Positions 51,972 to 64,000 of a stretch of 64,000 bases of DNA are shown piece by piece (within the stretch, counting starts at the first letter, position 1; each line of letters begins with the position of its first letter). The stretch is taken from NCBI GenBank assembly GCA_013239625.1, contig MU057102.1, positions 248,001-312,000 on the forward strand, written 5' to 3'. The notes under the pieces are model-generated. The model worked only from the letters and a program-made list of their open reading frames with translations, searched no databases and was not told where the DNA came from. The position numbers and the translations under genes are program-made. This stretch comes from Lama guanicoe. Its lineage: Eukaryota.

Positions 51972-52919
51972 GTGAGCGGCGGGCCGTGCGCGCCCGCGGG
52001 AGGCCGGCGCACCTGCGGGTTCGGCGCCGCCGCGCAGGGCCCGGGAGGCCGGGCCAGTTCGCGCGCCCCAGGGTTGCACGACCCAACCTGGCCCAGAGAG
52101 GCTAAGCCACACGCCCAAGGTCACACAGCAGGAAGTAGTAAAGGGGGGATTCGGACTGTGGGTGGCTGGCACCAGGGCCGATTCCCTAGCCTTTGGGAAT
52201 TTTTCCCTAGGTCTCTGTCAAGTGCACACTTTGGGCGAGACCCGGCGCCCCGCCTGGCGGAGTAGGAGTTGGGAGACACAGGCAGGTGTGCAGGCTTGAC
52301 AGCAGTAGGCGCACGGAGGAGAGAGCTGGTTTTGCCTGGAGAGCAGTGGTGGCGAAGGCCAGACGAGCTTCACACGGGCTCTGCGGCCTCTCCCACCACC
52401 TCACATGCGCTCACTCATGGCCCTGCTCACTTTGTGTCCTGTGCCTCCTGCCAGGAACTTGTTTATCCTTGGGTCCCCGAAACCCCCAGGACAATGGGTC
52501 AGGAGCGCTCACTGGGTACTGACACAGTAGCGGGGACTAAGAGGCACCTGTCCTGGGTTTTGCTTTCTTTATGTCAGGGAGCTTCTATCAAGATGTTTGT
52601 CCCAGAGGAAAAGGGGAGGGCTGGACTGGAGTCATGTGCAGTAGGTTCCTTGAGAGAGGGATGTGCTGGCTATCCTCTGCAGGGTCTCTGAGGAGCTCTC
52701 ATTCCAGGAAGAGGAAGCTTTCATCCATATTAGAAAGGGAAAGTCTGGCTATATTCTGGTCCATAATTGTCAAGGATACATGCCCACTTCCAAGGCATTG
52801 TGAGAGGTAGGGAGGAGAGACGTCACCCCAGCTCCGTAATCTTTCCAGACCCTCCCACTTGATGGTGCCCCAACTTCCCTGAACCAGTATTTCATCTTGC
52901 TGCCACTTCCCAGGAGTAC

Positions 52920-53072
52920 CAGTCATCCCTCAGTGTCCACAGATGATTGGTTACAGAACCCCCAGCGGCCACTGGGATCCACCAGTACTCAAGTCCTCTA
53001 GATAAAATGGCCTAGCTGGGGTTTGGTTGAATCTGTGGATGCAGAACCCGGGGATACACAAGACCAACTCTA
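52920..53072. mobile_element. MER2-like (Tigger-derived) MITE, internally deleted
   Basis: cagtcatccctcagtgtccac...gattggtt...ctcaagtcc...ataaaatggc joined to ttggttgaatctgtggatgcagaaccc...ccaactcta. Confidence 0.7.
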
Positions 53073-53279
53073 CACCCCTCCTCCTGAGCTTACTGGTGGA
53101 AGACATTCCACATTTCTCCTCACATTCCCAAACCTGCTCTGCCTGTTTGCTTTTCTTCCATAAAGTGAGCCAGTCTTCAGGAACCAGTACTCGTTCCGCA
53201 GCCCTGGAATCTTGACTCTTCTCCCAACTCCTTAGAGACACTGCTCTACAAATTCTCACCTAAGCCCCATCATCACGAT

Positions 53280-54000
53280 CACCCGCCAAACACCTCCATC
53301 TCACTTTGTCCTGAAGTGCTGTTGACTGATGTGTATCGAGCATCTGCTCTACGCATATGATACGGTGGTGAAGGTCTCAGAGGGGAGAACAACTTTACCT
53401 TTGTCTTCAAGGGCTTACAGTGTTGTGAGTGTTTGCTCCTGAGCCTGGAGTTCTTCCCTGAGTGCCAGCCTGCGGTCATGGACCCATCCCTGACATCCTT
53501 GTGCTTGTCTCCGGGATGTCTCGACTTTCCTTGACCCAGATCCCACAGCACTCAGCTCAGTTACGCAGGCTACAAACGAGCCGTCCTCATGTCCTGACAG
53601 GTCGAGTTCACCAGCAGCCCTGTCTTCAGAGTAGTTCCAGAGTCTGACCACTTCTCTCAGCCTTGGCCTAAGCCGATGCTTCTCTCTTAACCGACCACCG
53701 CTGGGGCCTCCTTAGTGGTCTCTCCGCTCCGCTCCGGGGCCCTGCAGCCACTGCAGGCAATATAACTATAGTGGTATTGGAGGACACGCCACATCACACA
53801 AGCCTTCAGAGGCTGCCCGTTCTATTTAGATGAAACTTGAGGGCCTGTAGGCCTGCACAGCGTTCCCCAACCCCTGGGATTGCAGCTGCCTCCACCTTGA
53901 TCACTTGTATTTCTTAGCTCTTCCCCTCAGTCATGGCTGGTGACTGGTCTTTCTGCTTATATATCAGTGCCTCCGAGAGACTTTCCTTTCCCACCTCATT
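53280..54000 (+). mobile_element. L2 LINE fragment
   Basis: Pyrimidine-rich L2-like tract (ccagagtctgaccacttctc...ggcctccttagtggtctc). Confidence 0.45.
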
Positions 54001-54294
54001 CTCGCGGCTCTTATTTCTTCAGCAGCAGCTAAAAATGGCTCACGGGGACCAAGAGCCTTGCTGAGCGCCAGGCCGCGTTCTGGGCTCTCCGGCATTTCTT
54101 GTGGAATCTCCCCAGCAGCCCTGTGCAGCAGGCTTTGAACTGAGTAGTTTGACTTCAGTCTGTTCCTGGCTGCACTATCTACACTGCCTTCCCTGCAGCC
54201 CTGTGGAAATACATGAAAAACAGGCCCCGGGACTACAACGTAGTGTACTGGAGGAAGCTTGGGGGCTGGCAGGGGCTGTGGGGCATCTCCAAAG

Positions 54295-54400
54295 CAGTGC
54301 TTTTCACTTTAATGTGCACACATATCACCTGGGGAGCTTGTGAAAATGCAGATTCTGACTCACTGTCCGGGCTTCTCCCTTCTGAACCAGTGGTGGTGGG
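54295..54400. mobile_element. MER5-like fragment
   Basis: cagtgcttttcactttaatgtgcacacatatcacctggggagcttgtgaaaatgcagattctgactca. Confidence 0.65.
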
Positions 54401-56033
54401 TTTGGGGGGAGCCCCAGGCTCCCTGTGCTAACCCAGCCCGGGGCGCGGGCTCCAGGCTCTCTGGCTGTGCTCTCTGGGGCTGCTTTGCTCTAGACTTCAT
54501 TGTGCTTCATCAGAGGCTCCTCCGTAGCCCTGAGGTGTGTGTTCCCTTCTGAGCGGGTTCTCAGATAAGTGCACGTGAGTGATGTGTCCTGCAGGGCAAG
54601 GGCCGGTTGTGGGCAAGGCTCTTTCCCTCAGTATCCCATATGCTCTTCACAGCAGTCCTCATGGGCAGCAACTCCAAGAATTTAAAATACGCATCCAGGA
54701 TGCCCCAGCTTTTCAACGTGGCAAAGCCAGGGTTTACAAATGGGCCTGATTGCAGAGTCCGAGCCTTCACCTCTTGGTGTAAGAGCATTAACCCATGTGG
54801 GTCGGAGGCTGGGAGCTCAGTGGTGCAACTGCAAGTGTGACTGGACGGGGGCTTCACGGCAGAGCAAGGTCTTGACCTAGCTCAGCAGGAGGTTGAGTGA
54901 GTTGGGCGGGAAGGAAGGTGACTGGGTGGGTGCAGGTGTCACGGGCTGGCTATGAAGGATGGAGAAAGGCAGTGGGTGAATGGAGGGTAGTGATGTTGGG
55001 GACAGTGATACAGAGGAAGGTGAGACAATTCTAATTTGTCGGATGGTACATGTGACTTTGGGGTCACGTGGAATTAATGGGGACAGGCTGTGGTGAAGTC
55101 TGGGCCGTTGGCTCACACTTTGTCCCAGGGCCAAGGCTCCCAAGCTGGCGTGGGTGTGGCTGAGGGATGCTAACTGTGAGGCCAGGAGGGTCTGGGCACT
55201 AGCAGAGGAGAGGACAGGTAGGGTGACACCTGTGAATACAAGACCAGGGAAGGTTTGGCAGTAGGGTATTGAGACCTCCAGGGCAGCTGGTTTTGTGGTG
55301 AGTGCTGTGCAGATGCAGACTTAGAAGATAAGTCTCCTGCTGGAACACGGACGTAAACACAAAGGTAGAATATTTTATGACAACTTGAGACTGTGGTGGC
55401 CGAGCCATAGGTTCGTTAATTGGTTGCTGGAGAATCAGACGGTGTGAGGAAGGCCCGGGTTTCTGCAGATTCTGGTCGGGAGGGCTTTAGGGGGAGGCAG
55501 GGGTCAAGCTGGCTTTGAATTCAGATTATAAAAGGATGTGAGGCTCTCTGCACACTGTGCGGGGCCTTGTGCTGGTGAATGTACATTCAGGCTAATTATT
55601 GGAGGTGGGTGGAATGTCATGAACAAGGAGTTTTACTTTCGTCGATGACAGTTGACATCCTGATGCGGGACGTGTAGATACGCTCTGTTGCGCGTTTGCG
55701 CATTCATTTGTCAGGTACTTACTTGGGGCCCCTTTACCTTAGCGCCTGTGCTAGATGCAGGGTATCCCCTGGGTTAAGTCGGGAAATGGGTGTTTACAGA
55801 GACTCCTGCCGTGTCATTCTGCTGCACGGGGTCCACAGAGCCTCATTTGGGAAGCCTGGGAACAGTCACCTTCTTAACAAGGTGTAGTTCCCTTTGAGTG
55901 TCATGGGAACGGGTAAGTTCATCCCATGAGCATCCTGACAGTGGGGTTCTTAACTGTCATTAAGGATGGAGGGGGTAAGGAGGGAAGAGCCTAGACAGAG
56001 GGAACCAGCTAGAATTAATAGGGTTATGCAGAG

Positions 56034-56213
56034 GAGTGGTTCTCAAACTTCAGCGAGATTCAGGACAACCTGGGGGGCTTGTTAAATCGCCAATCCTTGT
56101 CCCGTCTGTTTCTGAAGTCAGATCTGGGGCTTGGCATGACAATTTGCATTTCTAACAACTTCACTGGTGGTGCTTGATGCTGCTGGCCCAGAGCCCTTCT
56201 TTGAGAAGCACTG
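56034..56213. mobile_element. MER5A (hAT-Charlie MITE), full length
   Basis: TIRs gagtggttctcaaa ... tttgagaagcactg; internal aatttgcatttctaacaa. Confidence 0.8.
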
Positions 56214-56261
56214 GTGGAGAGTAAGACGTGCCAGTCTAAAACCTTTCCTCCGTTTGAAAAA

Positions 56262-56850
56262 TTATGTATTTTTATTGTGGTAAAATAGATACACATAATG
56301 TAAAATTCACAATTTTTAACCATCTTTAAGTATACGGTGGCATTAAGTGCATTACCGCTGCTATGCAGCCATCAGCACCAGCCATCTCCAGAACTTTTTC
56401 ATTCCTTTAGTGTCCCCATGAAACACTGACCTTCCATTTGTAGCTCCCCTGCCCCTGGTAGCTACCCTTCCACTTTTCTGTCTCTCTGAGTTTGCCTGTT
56501 CTAGGGACCTCACATTAAGTGGAATTTTATGTTTTTGCCTTTGTGACTGGCCTGTTTCACTCAGGATAAGGTTCCCCAGGTTTAGCAGTGTTCCAGCAGG
56601 TGTCGATTTCCTTCCTTTGTAAGGCTGAGTAATATTCCACTGTGTGGATAGGCTGTATTTTGTTTACCCATCATCCACTGATGGGTACTTGGGTTGCTTC
56701 CACTTTCGGCTGCTGGGAATGCTGCTGCAGTGAACGTAGGTGTACACAACTCTGTTGGAGTCATTATTATTTGGGGTAAATAGCAGGAAGTGGAATTGCT
56801 GGATCATGTGTATGTGTGTTTTTTAAGGACCTGCCATACTGTTTTCACAG
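56262..56850 (-). mobile_element. L1MB-like 3' end
   Basis: ttttattgtggtaaaata...aaggctgagtaatattccactgtgtggata...gggttgcttccacttt. Confidence 0.85.
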
Positions 56851-57169
56851 TGGGACGTGCAGCTTTCTAAAGCTCTTTCGCAGGTGGCCTGATCTGACCT
56901 GAAGAGCTTTGTTCACCTTGTGGGGCAGTCACCTGTGTGAGCCGGTGAACTCTGGGTGAGTTTAGAGAGGAGGACAGGGAACCTGGAGCTGAGATGAGGC
57001 TACAGAACTTTCCATCTAAAAAGCCTAGCAAACAGGATTGGTGGCCAAGGGGAACAGAGCCCCTGGGATGGCTGGCTGATAACTGGGGAGGACAGACCAG
57101 TGTCAGTCACTGGCCTCTGAGGCCAGACGTGGCCCTGACACAGCGTAGCTGCCAGGAGGGTCCGGCTGC

Positions 57170-57960
57170 TGAGTGGAGGCGGCAGGAAGGCAGGGGAGGG
57201 TCTGGAGGCGGAGGACGCAGGGCGCGCGCCCAGGGCATCCTCCCAGCCCCTGAGAAGCAGGTGGGCTGTTCTCTTCACTGGAAAAGAAGCGGGGAGGAGG
57301 CTGGAGAAGGAAATGGCCGCGTCCAGGGCACCCCCGGTGGGCCTGCTGGGTGCCAGTGCGGGGACCGTCCGCGCCTGCGCCGGCCTCGGCCCCGCCCCGC
57401 CCCACCNNNNNNNNNNNNNNNNNNNNNNNNNNNNNNNNNNNNNNNNNNNNNNNNNNNNNNNNNNNNNNNNNNNNNNNNNNNNNNNNNNNNNNNNNNNNNN
57501 NNNNNNNNNNNNNNNNNNNNNNNNNNNNNNNNNNNNNNNNNNNNNNNNNNNNNNNNNNNNNNNNNNNNNNNNNNNNNNNNNNNNNNNNNNNGGCGCACGC
57601 GAGGTCGTGTCTGTGTCCACCCGCGAAGCCCAGGTTGAGGCCACTCGGAAGGGGGACGAGTGGAAGGAGCGACTAGTGAAGGCTGATGCCCAGTGTCCTG
57701 CTCACGTCCCTCCTCACAGGGACGGCCGGCATGTGTCACGGACTCGTGAGGGACAGGCCAGGCCCCGAGTGTCCAGGCAGCAGAGCGCCTGCCAGGGGTC
57801 GGAGTCCGCTGGCCTCTCAGCCTCCTCTCACCCAGAGACTCTGTCCTTGCGGCCTGAACCCCCTCCCCGGGGGCCTGGACTCTGCTCCCTCTGCTGCCCT
57901 CGGGCCCGGCTGCGTCCTGGCCGCCCCTGGGGTCTCTGCCCCAGCCTCTGGGGGCCGCAG
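57170..57960. promoter_or_regulatory. Intronic CpG island in TADA2B
   Basis: CpG-rich; tandem GC boxes CCCCGCCCCGCCCC immediately before the N gap. Confidence 0.6.
57407..57591. other. Assembly gap (185 N)
   Basis: N run. Confidence 1.
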
Positions 57961-58489
57961 GTTCATGTGGTGAGCCTTCTGGTTGCTTTTGGCCCATGGA
58001 CGCTTCTCTTCTTAAAGAAAAAGGAGGCTGGAGCCACGTCTCCCTAGGGAGGTGCGGCATACTGCCCGCCGCCAAGCCTGGCTGAAAAGCCTCGGGCCAA
58101 GCAGGCCTCCAGGCCTTTGCTTCCGCTTCACGAGCAGACGCTGCCGTTGAGAGAGGCTGCGTTCAGACTGCTCCGGAGCAAAGCCGCCAACCTGCACAGA
58201 GAGGGTGCTCTGTGACCTGGAGACGGTCGCTCTGGTAAAAGCACTGGTTTGTTCACAAGAACTGGACAGAATCCTCTGCACAGGGAAGAAGTAGGTCCCT
58301 CTGTGCCCCCGCACGCGTCCCAGAGATCACAGAGCGAGAGGTGGCAGCGCTGCTGCAATGTGGTTGGTCTGGAAAGGAGAGTGGGAGCCCCAAGGTCTGG
58401 CCTTGCTCTGCCTTTTGAAAGTCTAAGAAAGTGCGATTGCAGGGACCCCCCCTTTTGGTGTGCACTGCGTCAGTTCCCCAGGGGACAGG

Positions 58490-58650
58490 CCGCGTGGTGA
58501 CCTGGGCCCTTCCTTGGGGGTAGTGTCACCTAAGGTTATTCTCCTAACCTATAAAATGTGGGTAATCATGCTACCTCGTGGGAATTGCTGAGAGGATGAA
58601 ATGAGGTGATCTGTGTAAAAGGCCTTACCCGGTAACTGTTATTACTATGA
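58490..58650 (+). mobile_element. MIR SINE
   Basis: cctataaaatgtgggtaatcatgctacctcgtggg...gaggatgaaatgag. Confidence 0.65.
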
Positions 58651-58899
58651 ATTTTGTTTTATCCTGGCAAAACCCTGTAAGAAGACGAATTACAGATCAA
58701 GAAGCAGAATTTGAGAGGATAAGGGTTTCCCAGCTAGTAGTAATTGAGTCAGAACCTGAGCCTGGCTCTAGGTTTCCTCGAAGCCTTCCCGGAGGAGATG
58801 ATCTGGGTCTTCAGGGTAAACCTGAGTTGTGGAAGTGGAGCTGATGGCTCCGTGGTTGTGGTGACAGGCAACACTGATGCAGTGCAAACTGCTCCCAGC

Positions 58900-59075
58900 C
58901 AGGGGCTTAGCACGGGGTGGGTATCCCCTCGTTTAATCCCCCGTCGTCCTGTGGAGTAGGTGGTAGTATTACCTCTGTAATTCAGACAAGGAGATTGAGG
59001 CACAGAGAAGTTAAGTGATTTGTCCAAGTTACTCAGCAGTTAAGGGGTGGAGCCAGGATTGGAACCCTGAAGCCC
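58900..59075 (-). mobile_element. MIR SINE
   Basis: gaggcacagagaagttaagtgatttgtccaag...ggagccaggattggaaccc. Confidence 0.75.
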
Positions 59076-59731
59076 GGCCAAGCCTGTGCACGTGGAGAAC
59101 AGTCTGCTTTTGTCTGGAGGATGGGCTGGCACAGCAACCCTTGTGTGGACCTCCAGACGGGGCACAGGCAGCCTCGGGCCTGGAGGAGAGAAACCCTGAG
59201 GCGGCCTTACTGGGGGACCTGGCCGGCCCGCAGTGCTGATGGTTTCCAGGGACTTTTCCCTCCTTTCCCTGCTCAGGTGCTGGAGGCCGGCACGAGCGCC
59301 CTGAAAAGGCCAGAAGGAGAGCCGACTGGCTGGAGAGCCCGGTGGAGCTGCTGCCCGCTCTCCTTTCCTGGAGAGGCTGTGTCCTGGCCTGCGTCTAGCG
59401 ACCTTGGAAAGTAGACCTCAGGGCCCAGTTCAGTGTCTTAGAGGCATCTTTTCCTTTATTTTTCAAAGGGCTTAAGGAAGGGCATACCTATCTCTCCTTA
59501 CCTTTTTCCAGAGATGGGAGCCTCTCTCTCTTTTCTGAGGTAGCATATAAGAACAAACCTCGCAGGCCTGGGGCTACTCACCTGTGTGTTACTGTGCGGC
59601 GGTGGGGAAGAAACCAGCTTCAGTGCACAGTCCTGGTCCTTGTGTAGTTTTACTTATTTACACTTGAACTTTCTCTCCAAATCTCATTCCCCCGAACTCA
59701 TTTCTGTTACTTCTCCCTGCCTAGCTACCTG

Positions 59732-59778
59732 TCCATCCATCCATCCTTCTGTCCACCCATCCATCCATCCATCCACCC
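59732..59778. repeat. Imperfect (CCAT)n microsatellite
   Basis: ccatccatccat... array. Confidence 0.85.
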
Positions 59779-62700
59779 AGAGTAAGCAAATACTTTGACC
59801 TTGAACATGTGAAGGAAAGACCCACTCTCTCTGTCACTCACCTGCTGTCACCGTGATGCTGCAAGGTGGTGACAGGACACTTCCTTACTTGCAGGAGGTG
59901 GGCGGGTCTTGTGTGACCACACACATGTAGATGAGAAGTTCAGGATGTGACGAGCAGGGCACTGGGCAGGGGCGGATGTGCTGTAGCTGTTGCTATTTTT
60001 AACCCTTGTCTTTTACAATATGTTTATTACTGTGGTTTCGCGTCACAGAACCTGTCTGTCCTCTGTGGACTCTTGTTAGAATCAGAGCTGTGTCACTGCT
60101 CCCATTTCCACTGTCCTATTATGACCCTTGCTGTCTCAGAGTACTTGGAAATTAGGGTCTTGTGTGCTTTCCCGGGCCTTTCTCACTGGTCACTAAGCTA
60201 ACATGGTGGGCCCTGGGGGGCGAGGCTGTTTCCGCAGTCACCTGAGGTAGCGTCTCCCCTCACAGTGGCCAAGGCTGATGCTGAGGGGGCTCCTGGGCTC
60301 CTGGTCACAGGGCACTGGTCCCTCTGCTTTGTGGCTTCATAAACACTGGTGGCCTGGGCCCATATGGAGCCAGCGTCTGCATTTGCTACCTGAAGAGGAG
60401 CTGGGTGACTGAGGAGGCAGCACAGGTCCACAGCCGTCTGCCTGAGGTCCCCGGTTGTGTGCCTGGTCGGGGAGACTGCCTCCTGTTCTGGGCTGTAGCC
60501 CTGGGATTGTGGATGTTTGCGGAGCAAGACATGGATGGAACTTGTGGAGGCAGGAGGGGTGACATCACCTGCACGTGGACATGGACTGACACCCACCTGT
60601 GCACTGTCGGGAGCGCCTCATGGAACAGGAGCATCTTCTCTTTTGAGCACTCTTTTTTTTTTTTTTTGTCCCTTTAAATATTCTGGATGAAAACCTTAGA
60701 CCTGTTTAAACAGAGAATTCTGAGGTAGGATTTAACTTTACTTAAAAAAAAAAACTTAGATTTACTCAAAAAAGTGGAAAAACAGTACACAAAGTTCCCA
60801 CATACCTTCCCCATATCCTTCCAGAAATGTGAGCCTCTTGCATCAGCTCGGTGCTTAGAGAAAGCAGGAAGTTGACAGGGGTACAAGACCGTTGGCTTAC
60901 AGGGTCCCATCTGGGCCCATTAATGTAGCTGCCACCTCTCCTCTGGTCCACACACTTCTTTGTCTCTGACCAGACACGTCTGTAGAGTGCAGGCTGGTGT
61001 TTGTAGAGTGGCTTTAATTTGGGTTTGGCCACCGTGCTCTGGTGATGTGGGAAAGACCTCAGACAACTCAGTACGAAGTCTTCGTTTGGTCAGATCCAAC
61101 TTTACTGCTTAGAATCCTGTTCTTTCAGGATTTACATTTTACCCCAGATGTGGTGTTCTGCGCGCCTGATGATGTCTGGAAGGCTGAGGTTCGGGGTGGA
61201 CAGACTTGTTGGGAGGGCGGACCTCTCGCAGCAGGTCTGCTAGCCGGGCCAAGGTCTGCACCACCCAGCCGCCGTGGCCTTGGGGGCGGTGAGGGGTGAG
61301 AAGCCCCCAGCCCGGGCTCCAGGCCTCTGGCGGCTTCCCCGTTCTCCGACACCCTGGTGAGCATGTCCTTGCCTCCCGAAAGGGCATGTGTCAGCGATGC
61401 AGATTCTCTGCATGCTATGGGGGCTTCCGGCCCCAAGGTGGGGTGGGCAGAAAAGCGTTAAGGTCCTCCAGCACCTCTCTGCCTGTGGGGGGTGCTTCTG
61501 GTGAGCGGCTGGAAAGGCAGGGTAGGCAGGCTGCCCCTGGCTCCTTTACTGGTGAAAACTCAAGGCTCCGAGGCGGGAGTGGCCAGACTGGTCACAGTGA
61601 CAGTAGCTGCTGGGAATGGTTGTGATTTGCTTTTGGGATTTTTTTGTTTGTTTGTTCGTTCGTGTTTGGACCAAATGTCTTCTGGGAAAGTGTTAGAGAA
61701 TTGATGCTAATAGTGATTTTTAAATAAGAAACCACGTGGCCAGCCCATCCCCATGAGACAGCGTCCAGTTTTAGTCCTGATCTTCCCACTTCTCTTTGCG
61801 GTGCTCAGAAGGAGGCCTCGCAGGTTAGGTGCGGGTCTTGCCTTCTTTGTTCTGATGGCTTTAAGCCCTGCCCTCCATGCGGCTCCTCATGGGGAGAGGC
61901 CAGCTCGGCTCCTGGCTGGGATGCTGGCCAGTCACTGTGCCACGAGGACCTCCCTCCCCTCGGTGCCCAGTTTGTCAGCAGGGTCAGCCCGGGTGGGCTG
62001 GTTTCTTTGACTCCAGTTTGGCTTTTGGGGGTGCAGAGACCATTCCAATCTCGAGGGATGAGCATTTCTGGGGCGGAAGGCGGCCTCTGTGCCTTGGCGG
62101 CTGCTGGAGCTGGGAGGACCAGGTTAGGGGTGCATGCAGCGGGTGAGAAGTGGCTGCTGGCTGAATGAGTACGCACTTCGGGCAGTTACTTTCTGAAGTG
62201 GCTTTAGCGGTTGACTTTAAGGAAGAGGCCTCTTGGCAGAAGGAAAAGATTGAGGGGGTTGTACAATTTCCTCCCATTAATAACCCTGTGCTCATGGGTT
62301 ACTGTCTGTTAGGAACGCATGCTTGCTGGGGCCCATTGAGGGTGTCATTGGTTGCGGTCCTCCACCCACTTTAAGAGGTTCTTTCCTGGTCATCTGACTG
62401 CCACCTAGGAAAGGGACACATTGGGCCTCAGCCCTTCTGTTTGGGAGGCTGGGAGTGGGGCCTCCTGTGCAGGGGACCTGGGCCGGGGCTGTTCTCTGGT
62501 CTAGACACAGAAGTGGGACTGGGACGCAGTGGGCACCTTAGGGTCTGGCTGCCACCCGCCCCTACCATGTCCTGTTAACCTCCCAGATGCCGGAGAGCTG
62601 GGTTTGTTGCAGGCAGAACGGCCAGTGCTGGCTGGCCCTGCTCCTCCTCTTGGGGAACCAGGGGAACAGAGCCAGCATCTCTGATGTGGGTTCTGATCCC

Positions 62701-62967
62701 TGGGCCACCAGCTCCCACATGAGCCCGGACACGGGTGCGCCTCTCTGATCTGCACTTTCTCACGCAGGGAATCAGTCAGGGTTCTTTCCTGCGCTGACAT
62801 CCATTTGGTTGGCCCAGTCCCCTGCAGGAGCATCCTTCGGGAGGGGGTATAACGCTGTCAGTAGGAGGTAGTCCAGTGAACCTTTGCGGAAACGTTAAGG
62901 GGCTTTGCCGGAACCCTGAGTCTGACCCTCTGGCTTTGGAAATGACCTCTGACCTTTGTTGTTGTAG

Positions 62968-63960
62968 GAAGACATGGCTGCCCACGTTGGCGCTTCCCGG
63001 ACTCCCCAGGAAGTGATGGAGCATTATGTAAGCATGTACATCCACGGAAACCTGGGGAAAGCCTGCATCCCCGACACCATCCCCAATCGGGTGACAGACC
63101 ACACCTGCCCCAGTGGAGGCCCCCTCTCTCCCAGCCTCACCACCCCCTTGCCTCCCCTAGACATCTCGGTGGCCGAGCAGCAGCAGCTGGGCTATATGCC
63201 GCTGCGGGACGACTACGAGATCGAGTATGACCAGGACGCCGAGACGCTCATCAGCGGGCTCTCGGTCAACTACGACGACGACGACGTGGAGATCGAGCTG
63301 AAGCGCGCGCACGTGGACATGTACGTGCGGAAGCTCAAGGAGCGGCAGCGGCGCAAGAACATCGCGCGCGACTACAACCTGGTGCCGGCCTTCCTGGGCA
63401 AGGACAAGAAGGAGAAGGAGAAGGCGGCCAAGCGCAAGGTCACCAAGGAGGAGAAGGAGCTGCGGCTGAAGCTGCGGCCGCTCTACCAGTTCATGTCCTG
63501 CAAGGAGTTCGATGACCTGTTCGAGAACATGCACAAGGAGAAGATGCTGCGCGCCAAGATCCGGGAGCTGCAGCGGTACCGGCGCAACGGCATCACCAAG
63601 ATGGAGGAGTCGGCCGAGTACGAGGCGGCTCGGCACAAGCGCGAGAAGCGGAAGGAGAACAAAAACGCGGCGGCCTCCAAGAGGGGCAAGGAGGACGGCA
63701 AGGACAGCGAGTTCGCCGCCATCGAGCACCTGCCCGGCTTCGAGCTCTTGTCGGACCGCGAGAAGGTGCTCTGTAGCTCCCTGAACCTGAGCCCCGCGCG
63801 CTACGTGACCGTGAAGACCATCATCATTAAGGACCACCTCCAGAAACGGCAAGGGATTCCCTCCAAGAGCCGCCTTCCCAGTTACTTGGACAAAGTCCTC
63901 AAGAAAAGGATTTTAAACTTCCTCACGGAAAGTGGTTGGATATCCAGGGATGCTTCCTGA
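62968..63960 (+). CDS. TADA2B: TADA2B exon 2 coding part (transcriptional adaptor 2B, SAGA HAT module), EDMAAHVGASRTPQEVMEHY...GWISRDAS*
   Basis: ttgttgtag acceptor; 993 nt; ADA2-family motifs GYMPLRDDYEIEYDQDAE and LPGFELLS; 420 aa in total with exon 1. Confidence 0.97.
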   Translation, partial: EDMAAHVGASRTPQEVMEHYVSMYIHGNLGKACIPDTIPNRVTDHTCPSGGPLSPSLTTPLPPLDISVAEQQQLGYMPLRDDYEIEYDQDAETLISGLSVNYDDDDVEIELKRAHVDMYVRKLKERQRRKNIARDYNLVPAFLGKDKKEKEKAAKRKVTKEEKELRLKLRPLYQFMSCKEFDDLFENMHKEKMLRAKIRELQRYRRNGITKMEESAEYEAARHKREKRKENKNAAASKRGKEDGKDSEFAAIEHLPGFELLSDREKVLCSSLNLSPARYVTVKTIIIKDHLQKRQGIPSKSRLPSYLDKVLKKRILNFLTESGWISRDAS

Positions 63961-64000
63961 GGCCAGGGCGCTGTGAAAGCCGGAATGATGCTAAGAAGCT

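Noticed and set aside
49458-52172. 904-aa ORF on the - strand
   Set aside because: Inflated by reading through two N gaps and stop-poor GC-rich promoter DNA; the CCDC96 start is the Kozak ATG at 51131
56994-58075. 214-266-aa ORFs across the intronic island
   Set aside because: They span an N gap in GC-rich DNA; no recognisable homology
63157-63852. 231-aa antisense ORF in TADA2B exon 2
   Set aside because: Expected by-product of extreme GC3 codon usage
1-64000. tRNA, snoRNA or miRNA genes
   Set aside because: None recognisable by eye; an Infernal/Rfam scan would be needed to exclude them

Overview
Mammalian (eutherian, apparently non-primate) genomic DNA carrying the conserved TBC1D14 - CCDC96(CFAP184) - TADA2B block. 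On the + strand lie the last 11 coding exons of TBC1D14 (13222-40901; Rab-GAP TBC domain; 3' UTR to ~43.5 kb). An internal CpG-island first exon ending in a lone ATG (7169-7171) splices in frame to give a 413-aa short isoform. CCDC96 is a single-exon gene on the - strand (51131-49458, 557 aa), head-to-head with the two-exon TADA2B (51702-51971 and 62968-63960, 420 aa) across a bidirectional CpG-island promoter. Introns hold old mammalian repeats (L1M, L2, MIR, MLT1, MER2/5/20/45). Three N-runs fall in the most GC-rich spots. I find no wholly new biological system. The best leads are regulatory: a uORF-guarded, N-terminally truncated TBC1D14 isoform, an RFX X-box at the CCDC96 end of the shared promoter, an intronic CpG island in TADA2B, and RNA G-quadruplex and Pumilio elements. 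Gene identities come from my recall of the human proteins. Repeat family names and boundaries were assigned by eye and are approximate.
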